Part shown: positions 33,256 to 42,628 of the stretch, piece by piece
Numbering within the stretch: position 1 is the first letter of the stretch
How the letters are laid out: every line of letters starts with the position of its first letter
Source of the DNA: an uncultured Chloroflexia bacterium
GTDB lineage: Bacteria > Chloroflexota > Dehalococcoidia > DSTF01 > JALHUB01
NCBI GenBank assembly: GCA_963726245.1
Contig: CAVSBT010000015.1
Span: 1-64,000 of the forward strand
Direction: 5' to 3'
Length of the DNA stretch: 64,000 nt
Notes under the pieces: model-generated
Databases searched by the model: none
What the model saw: only the letters and a program-made list of their open reading frames with translations
What the model was told of the DNA's origin: nothing
Position numbers and translations under genes: made by a program

Positions 33256-33479
33256 AGCCCGGGGCACCGCCGACTCGCGGCTGCTGCACGGCTGGCATAT
33301 CAAGGAGCGGTCCCGCCGGCTTTTCAATGTGGCTCCAGTGTCCGCGCGTCGCTTTCTTCGCGTTCTCATACCCACTCCGCATTAATCCTGCCGTATGCCA
33401 TCGATCTCAGCACGCTTGCACACCGTGTAATAGCCTCGCACGGTCCAAGGGCGCTTTGTGGCGACGTGACGGGCGAGGT

Positions 33480-34095
33480 CATTGAGTCGGTCCAAGAGAG
33501 CGAAGTGAGCTGAGACTTCGAGAACCCCAACCGTCTAGGACCAACGTCAGACCGGACTGCAGTGGCCTCGTCAACATCCGGTTCTCGTCGAGCGATCAGG
33601 ATCGCTCCGATAGTAGGCTGCTACCGGCTGTCTAATCTAGAACTGACCCGTCCTTCGCCTCTAGAGTGACATGCGGATAGGGCTCATCGTCGCCCAAGTC
33701 AAGTGACAACTGTCCGAATCTCCAATGAGTTCTTCGCACAGGCAACAGTGAATCGATGGGCAGCGACTCCAACTCGAGACCTAGAAATCGTCGGAATGTC
33801 GTCGGGTTGCGGGGCAAGTCGGATCGCCCAGTTATGGATGTCTTGAGCGTCCGAATAATATAGCTGCCAATCTGGTAGTTACTGTAAGTGAATGCTGAGC
33901 AGGGTGCTCAGCGTCCCGTACAGTCTCTGTATTCCATCCGTGAGGAACCGTTGCGAAGCGTGTTGCGACTGTTGCTGGATTGGCTGAATATCCAGAGACC
34001 CAGAAGAACTGGCGACCACGGGACCTGCGAAGGTGGCTGACCGCAATCCACAACTGGCGCGTCGACTCCCAGAATTATGACGGAGAAGCGTCCAT
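33480..34095 (-). pseudogene. Lower-GC, heavily frameshifted hypothetical membrane-anchored gene (accessory insert)
   Basis: ATG at 34095 with GAGG upstream; protein-like text only across several frame switches; visibly more AT-rich than the flanks. Confidence 0.35.
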
Positions 34096-34409
34096 AGTGA
34101 CCTCTACTGATTCCTGCTGCCAAGGTGGCCGTTCCCGTCGCCAGACCCACCGAGGCATCGACGTTTGGCACTGTGCGCGTGCGTTCGCTCACGGCCCGAT
34201 TGTAGCATCTGGCGCCAAACTAGTCGAGCATGAGGTGACAGTCCAGAAGGGACCGTTGACGAGGGTAGAGCCCGGCCATCTGTGCGTGGTCCTCCACTCC
34301 TCGTTCCCACAAAGCCGCCCTTCCCGCCGAGTCGGCCCGACGGTTATAATCGCAGACCGTGGGTGCGGAGGCGCACTCACGTACAGTAGCTCGTGCCCTT
34401 GCGACTGTG

Positions 34410-35730
34410 ATGAAGATCCTCGCCCTCAACTGCGGCAGCTCGACACTCAAGTTCCGGCTCATCGAGATCGATCCGGAGGCTGCGGCCCCTGCGCACGGGC
34501 GGCGGCTGGCCGGCGGAATCGTGGAGCGCATCGGGGAGCAGGCAGCCGTCGACTTCGCCGTCGAGGGCGGCGAACGCCTCCAGCGGACGGCCGCCGTGGC
34601 CGACCACGGCGAGGCGACCCGCCACGTGCTCGACTGGCTGGCCTCCACCGGGCTCTCGACGCCCCGATGCCGTCGGCCACCGCGTGGTGCACGGCGGCGA
34701 CCTGTTCGCCGAGCCGGCGCTCATCGACGACGAGGTCCTGGCCGCCGTCGAGGCGCTGACCGACCTGGCCCCGCTGCACAACGCTCCCTCTCTGAGCGCG
34801 ATTCGGGCCGCGCGGGCGGCGCTGGGCCCCGGCGTCCCCATGGTGGCAACCTTCGACACCGCCTTTCATCGCACCCTCCCCGAGCACGCCTCGCGCTACG
34901 CCATCCCCCTGGAGCTGGCGGACAAGCACCACATCCGCCGCTACGGCTTCCACGGCCTGGCTCACCGCTACATGACCGAGCGCTACGCCGCCATCACCTC
35001 GACGCCCCTGGAGCAGGTGAAGCTGGTGACGCTGCAACTGGGCAACGGCTGCTCGGCCACGGCCGTCGAGGGCGGGCGTTCCGTCGACACGTCCATGGGC
35101 TTCACGCCGCTGGAAGGGCTGGTCATGGGCACCCGCTCCGGAGACGTCGACCCCTCGCTGGCGGGCTTTCTCGCCCGGAGGGAGGCGGTGGACATAACGG
35201 AAGTGGAGGGCTGGCTCAACACGCGGTCGGGGCTCCTGGGGGTGTCGGGGCGCTCCGCGGACATGCGCGAGCTCCTCGAGGCCGAGGCCCAGGGCGACGC
35301 GCGCGCCGCCCTGGCGGTGGCGATGTTCTGCTATCGGGTGCGCAAGTACGTCGGGGCCTACCTGGCTGCCTTGGGCGGAGCGAACGCCGTGGTCTTCGGC
35401 GGCGGCATCGGCGAGAACGCGCCTCCGGTGCGTGCCCGAGTCTGCGCTAACATGGAGTGGTGCGGCCTCACGCTGGACGAGGAGCGCAACGCCCGGACCA
35501 TCGGCTCCGAGGGCCGGATCAGCGCCGGCGATTCCAGGGTTCACGCCTACGTGATCCCGGTGGACGAGGAGGGCGTCATCGCCCAGGATACGGTTCGCTG
35601 CCTGCGCGAGCGGCAGGCCGTGGACCGAGTGGGCGCAGTTCGCGTCCACGCGCGTCAGGGGCGCAGCGAACTGGCTGTCGCCCCTAGCCAAACTGCAACG
35701 TCAGGGGGAAGAGATGCCTCAAAGCGATAA
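34410..35730 (+). CDS. ackA: Acetate kinase, frameshift near 34660
   Basis: ILALNCGSSTLKF, HRVVHGG, LAPLHN, FDTAFH, RRYGFHG, TSMGFTPLEGLVMGTRSGD, GGIGEN. Confidence 0.95.
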
Positions 35731-38186
35731 CGCCGAAGCCATCCGGACGGAGGAATCGGTAGCTCTCTACAGGAAGAAGAACCCGGAGGCGGAGCGCTGG
35801 GCGGTCGGCTACGGGCCCATCCACCACACGGTGGAGACCCAGGCCCGCGTCTTCGCGATGGCGGAGCTGCTGGCGGCCCGCGGGGTGCGGGGAGACGGCG
35901 TGCCACTCTTCGACGCGCTCTACGCGGCGGACCGCGTCGCCAGCGCCGGCATGTGGCTGGTGGTCCACGAGACCTACGCCCACACCGTCTACCTGGACGG
36001 GCGCAACCTCTCGCCCGATGACTTCAAGCCGAACCCGGAGGGACACACGGGCGGCGCCCTCAACATGGTGCCCGCCTACACCGGCTACATGGTCATCGAC
36101 GCCCTCACCGGCCAGACCCGCTCCTGGGTCATGGGCCAGGGCCACACCGTGGCGGCCATCGACTCCGTCAACCTGCTGCTGGACAACATGACCGATGCCC
36201 ACGCCGCCAGGTACTCGCTGTCCGACGAAGGGCTCACCCGCTACGTGCGGGACTTCTACTCCTACCGGCTGCGGCCCGACGGCACTCAGGACTCGCCGCT
36301 GGGCAGCCACGTCAACGCTCATACGGCCGGGGGCCTGGTCGAGGGCGGCTACCTCGGGTTTACCGAGCTCCAGTACGTGCACATGCCCCTGCCGGGCGAG
36401 CGGCTGGTCGTCTTCCTCAGCGACGGCGCCTTCGAGGAGCAGCGGGGGAGCGACTGGGCGCCTCGCTGGTGGCGGGCCGAAGACTGCGGCCTGGTGGCGC
36501 CGATCATGATCAACAACGGCCGCCGCATCGACCAGCGGACGACGATGTCGCAGGAGGGCGGGGTGTCCTGGTTTGTCAAACACCTGGCGCTCAACGGCTT
36601 CGACCCCTTCGTGTTCGATGGCAGGGACCCGGCGGCCTTCGCCTGGGCGATCTTCGAGATGGAGTGCCGGCTCGAGGCCGCCGCCGCGGCCGTGCGCTCG
36701 GGGGCCGACCGCTATCCTCTGGCGCTGCCCTACGGCATAGCCGTCGCGCCCAAGGGGGCCGGCTTCTACGGCGAAGGGACCAACCTGGCCCACAATCTGC
36801 CCCTGGGGTCGAACCCCCACACCGACCTCGTGGCGGCCGAGCGTTTCAACGAGGGCGCCCGCCGTCTTTGGGTGCCCCTGGCAGAGCTGAAGGATGCCAT
36901 CGGCAAGTTGCGCCATCACGAGGACTCCGCCCGGCCGCGGGAGCGAGACCATCCGCTGGCTCGCAGGGACGTGCGCCTGCAGGAGGCGCCGCCGCCCGCG
37001 TTCCGACCGGTGCCCGATGGCCGGCGCGACCCTTCTACCTGGACCACGGCATCGCCGATGGCGGCCGTCGATCAGGGGTTCCTCGCGGTGGTGCAGGCCA
37101 ACCCGCACCTCCGGCCGCGGGTGGGCAACCCCGATGAGATGCGCTCCAACCGGATGCTGCGCACCCTCGACGCCCTCAAGTTCCGCGTGACCGACCCGGA
37201 GCCCAGCGTCCCGGAGGCGATCGACGGCGCCGTGATCACGGCCCTCAACGAGGAGGCCGTGGCCTCGGCTGCCCTGGCGAACAAGGGCGGCATCAACATC
37301 ATCGTTACCTACGAGGCGTTTGGCGCCAAGATGCACGGCGTGGTGCGCCAGGAGATCATCTTCGCCAACCACCAGCGGGCGGCGGGATGCGAGCCTGGTT
37401 GGCTCTCCGTCCCCCTGGTGCTCACCTCCCATGTCTGGGAGAATGCCAAGAATGAGCAGTCTCACCAGGACCCGGCCATGGCCGAGGCGATGATGGCGGA
37501 GCCGTCGAACGTCTCCAGGGTGCTGTTCGTCGCCGACTACAACACCGCCTCCGCCGCCATTCACGGCGTCTACCAGACGCAGGGCCAGGTCTGGACGCTG
37601 GTGGTGCCGAAAGCCGACATCGTGCCCGATCTCTTCACCCCTGACGAGTCGGGCCGTCTCCTGGAACAGGGCGCCCTGCGACTGGACTGGGCGGGCTACG
37701 AAGCGCCCCGGCAGCGGGTCGTGCTGACTGCCATCGGGGCCTATCAACTGCTGGAGGTCCTGCGGGCCTCGCGCAGACTGGCCGAGAAGGAAGTCCCTCA
37801 CTCCGTGGTCTACATGCTGGAGCCGGGGCGGTTCCGCGCCCCTCGCAGCGACGGCGAGCGGGCCCACGCAGCGCCCGCCGCCCTCTCGGCTGAGCTCTAC
37901 CCGGAGTCCGTCGCCGGCCCGCGTGTTCGTGACCCACACCCGGCCGGCGCCTCTCTTGGGTGCGCTTCAACCGCTCAACACGGGCCGTCAGACGTCCGCC
38001 CTGGGCTTCGTGAATCAGGGCGGCACCCTGACGACCGCCGGCCTGCTCTTCGTCAACCGATGCACCTGGGCCCACGTGCTGTCGGAGGTCGCGCGGGTCC
38101 TCGGTCTGTCCCGGGAGGACCTCCTTAGCCCGCAGGAGCTCATGGCGCTGGACGGCAAGGTGTCGCCAGAGGGAGTGATCATCTAG
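35714..38186 (+). CDS. xfp: Xylulose-5-phosphate/fructose-6-phosphate phosphoketolase (divergent type), frameshift near 37920
   Basis: KPNPEGHTGG, GQGH, EGGYLGF, SDGAFEEQ, GNPDEMRSN, LNEEAV, YEAF, NEQSHQDP. Confidence 0.88.
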
Positions 38187-38281
38187 GCCGGCGCGGGCCT
38201 TGTCGCTTCGGCCGTCCTGTTGGGCGCCCGATACTTGAGTACGAATCGAGAAGGAAGCAGAGAGATCGATAGGGAGTAGAC

Positions 38282-40000
38282 ATGGTCACGCCCGAGCCTG
38301 AGACACGAGTTCAGCCGCCTGCGGTCGCCTATTTCTCCATGGAGGTTGGGCTTGACCCGGCCATGCCCACGTACAGCGGTGGCCTGGGCGTGGTGGCCGG
38401 GGATACCTTGCGTGCCGCCGCCGATCTGGGGGTGCCCATGGCAGGCGTCACGCTCCTGCACCACAAGGGCTACTTCGACCAGCACCTGGATGCCAAAGGG
38501 AACCAGACCGAGAGCCCCTCCGTCTGGTCTCCGGAGGCGTTCCTAGAACCTCTAACGCCCCGCGTGTCCGTGACCATCGAGGGACGGCGGGTGCAGGTGC
38601 GGGCGTGGCGCTACCTTGTGCAGGGGGTTTCCGGTCACTCCGTGCCCGTGTACTTCCTGGATACCGCCCTGCCGGAGAACGACCCCTGGGATCAGACTCT
38701 CACTGACCAGCTCTACGGCGGGGACGAGCGCTATCGCCTCTGTCAGGAGACCGTGCTGGGTTTGGGTGGCGTCGCCATGTTGCGCGCCTTGAGGCACAAA
38801 GGAGTGCAGCTCTACCACATGAACGAAGGCCACTCTGCTCTGCTCGTCCTGGCCCTCCTGGAAGAGGAGACTGCAAAGCGTGGTGTCGCCGATATCACGG
38901 AGGCAGACAAGCAGGCCGTCCGCAAGCGATGCGTATTCACCACCCACACCCCTGTGCCTGCCGGCCAGGACCAGTTCTCCCCCGATCTGGTCCGGCAGGT
39001 GCTGGGCGAGAAATGGGTGACCGTCCTCCACGCGGCCGGGTGCTGCCCAAGCGGCGTCCTGAACATGATCTACCTGGGGCTTTTCTTCTCCCACTACATC
39101 AACGGGGTCTCCATGCGTCACGAGGAGATCTCACACAACATGTTTCCGGGCTACCCTATCGACTCCATTACGAACGGCGTGCACGGCGTGACTTGGACAG
39201 CGCCGGCTTTTCAGAGCCTCTACGACCGCCTTATCCCCGAGTGGCGCGCCGACAATCTGTACCTGCGTTACGCTGTGGGCATTCCGCTTGATGAGATCCA
39301 GGAGGCCCACGCTCAGAGCAAGCGGGAGCTGCTGGCAGAGGTGGAAAGGCGGACCGGTGTCCATCTGCAACCGGCGGCGATGACCCTCGGCTTTGCGCGG
39401 CGCGCCAGCGCCTACAAACGGGCCGACCTGCTGATCTCCGACATCGACCGTCTGAAGAGGATCGCAGCTCAGGTCGGCCCCTTGCAGGTCATCTACGGGG
39501 GCAAGAGCCATCCCCGTGACGAAAGCGGCAAGGCCATGATCCGGCGCGTCTTCGAAGCTGCCGCTGCCCTGGGGGACGCTTTGCCTGTCGTCTACCTGGA
39601 GGACTATGACATGGAGCTGGCCAGGTGTCTTTGCGCCGGCGTGGACCTGTGGCTGAATACGCCGCTGAAGCCGCAGGAGGCCTCCGGGACCAGCGGCATG
39701 AAGGCCGCCCTGAACGGGGTGCCAAGCTTGAGCGTCTTGGACGGCTGGTGGATTGAGGGGCACGCGGAAGGTGCGACCGGCTGGGCCATCGGCGATGATT
39801 CGGAACCCGAAAGCGATCATTCCGGGGAGATCGCCTCCCTCTACGACAAGCTGGAGTACGTGATCCTCCCCATGTTCTACGGACGGTCGACGGCGTATGC
39901 TGCGGTCATGCGCTCCACCATTGCCCTCAACGCCTCCTTTTTCAACGCGCAGCGCATGATGCTCCAGTATCTTACCAACGCCTATCAGATGCCCGGGTAG
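38282..40000 (+). CDS. glgP: Alpha-glucan (glycogen/maltodextrin) phosphorylase
   Basis: AYFSME, YSGGLGVVAGD, HMNEGH, FTTHTPVPAG, ITNGVH, EASGTSGMKAALNG. Confidence 0.95.
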   Translation: MVTPEPETRVQPPAVAYFSMEVGLDPAMPTYSGGLGVVAGDTLRAAADLGVPMAGVTLLHHKGYFDQHLDAKGNQTESPSVWSPEAFLEPLTPRVSVTIEGRRVQVRAWRYLVQGVSGHSVPVYFLDTALPENDPWDQTLTDQLYGGDERYRLCQETVLGLGGVAMLRALRHKGVQLYHMNEGHSALLVLALLEEETAKRGVADITEADKQAVRKRCVFTTHTPVPAGQDQFSPDLVRQVLGEKWVTVLHAAGCCPSGVLNMIYLGLFFSHYINGVSMRHEEISHNMFPGYPIDSITNGVHGVTWTAPAFQSLYDRLIPEWRADNLYLRYAVGIPLDEIQEAHAQSKRELLAEVERRTGVHLQPAAMTLGFARRASAYKRADLLISDIDRLKRIAAQVGPLQVIYGGKSHPRDESGKAMIRRVFEAAAALGDALPVVYLEDYDMELARCLCAGVDLWLNTPLKPQEASGTSGMKAALNGVPSLSVLDGWWIEGHAEGATGWAIGDDSEPESDHSGEIASLYDKLEYVILPMFYGRSTAYAAVMRSTIALNASFFNAQRMMLQYLTNAYQMPG

Positions 40001-40025
40001 GGGGCGTGCGCGAGGCGGCCCCTAT
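39997..40025. repeat. Degenerate GTAG-REP overlapping the glgP stop codon
   Basis: GTAGGGGGCGTGCGCGAGGCGGCCCCTAT; the TAG stop is part of the GTAG tetranucleotide. Confidence 0.5.
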
Positions 40026-40185
40026 GCACGGCGCCAGTCGCGTGGCCGAGACCGCCAGTCAGCGGGGCATAGACCAGGGCTCGGGACCAACGCCGTCTCC
40101 TCGCTGAGTGCGGCCCCCGTGAAGAGAAGTGCGCTATAATGCTCGCGGAGCGCGCGGTGCAAGCGCGCGGGAGAAGGTGACGGCG

Positions 40186-41178
40186 ATGGTCCAGGCGGAG
40201 CGCGACACGGAACGGAAAGTCATCTCCATCCTCAAGATCCTCTCCGAGTCCTCGGAGCCCCTCGGATCGACCACCATCGCCCGCGAGCTGGAAACCCACG
40301 GCGTCTACCTCAGCGAGCGCACCGTCCGCTACCACCTGAGGATCACGGACGAACGGGGTTTCACCCGCGCCGCGGGCCGCGACGGTCGTGCCATCACTTC
40401 TGAGGGGATGGAGGAGTTGAAGAACGCCCTGGCTCCCGAGCAGGTCGGCTTTGTCATCGAGCGCCTCAACCTGCTGGCCTACCAAACCACCTTCGACCCT
40501 CGTACACGCACCGGCCAGGTGCCCATCAACACGTCCCTCTTCCCCGTCGCCCGCTTTCGCGAGGCGATGGAGGCGATGAAGGAGGCCTTCGCGGCCGGTT
40601 TCTGCGTCTCGGACCGCGTGGCTCTGGCGCAGGCCGGCGAGAAGCTGGGCGACGTGGTCATCCCCGAAGGGCAGGTGGGCTTCGCGACCATGTGCAGCGC
40701 CGTCATCAACGGCGTGCTGCTCAAGTCGGGCGTGCCTGTGGACTCCAAGTTCGGCGGACTCATGGAGATGCGGAACGGCAAGCCCCGACGCTTCGTAGCC
40801 ATCATCAACTACGCCGGCACGTCCTTGGACCCGTCCGAAGCCTACATCCGGGCTCGGATGACCACTGTGCGGCGGGCGGCCGCCACCGGCGCCGGGCGCA
40901 TCCTCGCCAACTTCCGCGAGATGCCGGCGCCTGCGCGGCCCGTGGTCGAGACCATCGTCGCCGATCTGAAGCGATCCGGCATCAGTGGGGTCCTCCTCAT
41001 GGGCGAGGCCAGCGAACCGCTCAGCCAGATGCCTGTTGGGCTGAACAAGATCGGGATGGTGCTGCTGGGCGGGCTAAACCCGGTGGCCGCCGCCGAGGAA
41101 GCGGGCATCGAGGCGGACAGCATCTCCGAGAGCGGGACCATCGACTTCCGCCAGCTCGTGAGCTACCAGGAGCTGTAG
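40186..41178 (+). CDS. nrpR: NrpR-family regulator (winged helix plus NrpR regulatory domain, DUF128)
   Basis: ILKIL....PLGS..IAREL..GVYLSERTVRYHL..DERG, GQVPIN, INGVLLKSGVP, Y.GTSLDP, GGLNPVAA. Confidence 0.85.
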   Translation: MVQAERDTERKVISILKILSESSEPLGSTTIARELETHGVYLSERTVRYHLRITDERGFTRAAGRDGRAITSEGMEELKNALAPEQVGFVIERLNLLAYQTTFDPRTRTGQVPINTSLFPVARFREAMEAMKEAFAAGFCVSDRVALAQAGEKLGDVVIPEGQVGFATMCSAVINGVLLKSGVPVDSKFGGLMEMRNGKPRRFVAIINYAGTSLDPSEAYIRARMTTVRRAAATGAGRILANFREMPAPARPVVETIVADLKRSGISGVLLMGEASEPLSQMPVGLNKIGMVLLGGLNPVAAAEEAGIEADSISESGTIDFRQLVSYQEL

Positions 41179-41303
41179 CCCTCAGGCCGGCCGCGCTCCC
41201 TGGCCCGCACACATCGATAGACCCCCGGTCGCACCGCTGGCACCGCCATCTGCCGCCCTCCAAGCGGACCGCCCACTACCGTCCACGTCTTCCGTCAATC
41301 AAC

Positions 41304-41376
41304 CACAAAATATAGTGCCAGCCCTCTTGACAGATACTAGATGTAGTGTACACTAGCCGGTGCGGCTAGTGTACAC
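41304..41376 (+). promoter_or_regulatory. nrdR-operon promoter with two tandem NrdR boxes and a perfect inverted repeat
   Basis: CACAAAATATAGTG (41304) and TACTAGATGTAGTG (41335), 31 bp apart; TTGACA(41327)-16 bp-TACACT(41349); IR GTGTACACTAGCCG-gtg-CGGCTAGTGTACAC (41346-41376). Confidence 0.85.
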
Positions 41377-41418
41377 CGGCCGTTGCAGCCATAGGTGTTA
41401 CGGCGAGCCAGGAAGAAC

Positions 41419-42063
41419 ATGCGCTGCCCTTACTGCGGATTTGAGGACACCAAGGTCATCGACTCCCGCGACAGCGAGGAGGGCATCCGGCGCCGCCGCG
41501 AGTGCCTGTCCTGCGCCGAGCGCTTCACCACCTTCGAGCGCGTCCAGACCGTCGGCCTCCAGGTGGTGAAGAAGGACGGGCGCCGCGAGGACTTCTCCCG
41601 CGAGAAGCTCCTCCTGGGCATCCGCCGCGCCTGCGAGAAACGGCCCCTGCCCGTCGGCGCCATCGAGGCCGTGGTGGACGACATTGAGGCCACTCTCCAG
41701 GGTCAGGGCAAGGCCGAAGCCCCGAGCAGCCTGATCGGCGAGCTGGTCATGGACCACCTGCGGGACCTGGACCACATCGCCTACATCCGCTTTGCCAGCG
41801 TCTACCGCGCCTTCGCTGACGTCGACTCGCTGCGGGAGGAGCTGGAGAGCCTCTCCGGGGTGAGCCCGCGGGAGGCGACTCGACTGGCCGGCCAGCTCAC
41901 ACTGATCCCGGACGAGGTCCTTAGCCAGCTCGAGCCATCCCTACGCCCCGCCCCCAGGCGCGGCCGGCCGGGACGAAAACCCCTGGTCCGGCCGCGCCCC
42001 GATCTTATCTCGCCGGGATCAATGTCGACCGTCGAGCGGAAGGACCGCCGGGCGTCGTCGTAG
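41419..42063 (+). CDS. nrdR: Transcriptional repressor NrdR with extended C-terminus
   Basis: MRCPYCG...KVIDSR...IRRRRECLSCAERFTTFE, ATP-cone VVKKDGRRE, AYIRFASVY. Confidence 0.97.
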   Translation: MRCPYCGFEDTKVIDSRDSEEGIRRRRECLSCAERFTTFERVQTVGLQVVKKDGRREDFSREKLLLGIRRACEKRPLPVGAIEAVVDDIEATLQGQGKAEAPSSLIGELVMDHLRDLDHIAYIRFASVYRAFADVDSLREELESLSGVSPREATRLAGQLTLIPDEVLSQLEPSLRPAPRRGRPGRKPLVRPRPDLISPGSMSTVERKDRRASS

Positions 42064-42104
42064 GGAGGCGAAGACCCGTTAGGGTCGGCGAAAAGGAGGT
42101 CGCG

Positions 42105-42509
42105 TTGCGCCAGCGGGGGAAGCTCTACAACGGGGACGGCGAGATGATCGCCGAGGGCTTCTGCGAGCTCGGCGAGGAGGGCTCGCAGGTCACCATGTGG
42201 CCCGCCCTGGAGAAAGGCCTCTTCGAGCGGGAGCGCGGGGTCTTGATATTGGAGCTCGAGGGTAGCGCCGCCCCCCTGCGCATCTCCGAGCGGCGCCTCC
42301 GGCTCAGGATCAACCCGACTCACGGCCCCCGCACCTTCATCTACCGCATGCGCATCGAGCAACCGCCTGCCGGCGACGTAACGCCCCCGGCCAGCGGAGA
42401 GGCCGAGGCTGTGCCTGAGCACCTCCTCCGCGCCGGCCCGCCTGCCGGCCAGCCGGACACGGGCGCCGGACAGGCAGCTTCGCCGGGAGGCCTATCGACA
42501 GCCCCCTAG
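42105..42509 (+). CDS. Hypothetical protein in the nrd operon
   Basis: Strong RBS AAGGAGGT before the TTG start; about 85-aa beta-rich domain plus a low-complexity tail. Confidence 0.65.
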   Translation: MRQRGKLYNGDGEMIAEGFCELGEEGSQVTMWPALEKGLFERERGVLILELEGSAAPLRISERRLRLRINPTHGPRTFIYRMRIEQPPAGDVTPPASGEAEAVPEHLLRAGPPAGQPDTGAGQAASPGGLSTAP

Positions 42510-42524
42510 TTAGAGGGAAACGCT

Positions 42525-42566
42525 GGGACACCGCCTGCCGCCCGGCGGGCGGTGTCCCTTGTTCTT
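42525..42566 (+). terminator. Intrinsic terminator-like hairpin upstream of nrdJ1
   Basis: GGGACACCGCCTGCCG-cc-CGGCGGGCGGTGTCCC followed by TTGTTCTT. Confidence 0.6.
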
Positions 42567-42628
42567 GAAGGCCCCGGGCGGGGTGAGAGCGCGAGCCAGA
42601 CTGACGACTAGGAAGGAAACCCGAGGCC

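Noticed and set aside
42510-42628. Cobalamin riboswitch upstream of nrdJ1
   Set aside because: Only fragments (AGGGAA, GAGCCAGA) are present. I see no B12-box or GCCACTG core and the spacer is short. An Rfam scan would settle it.
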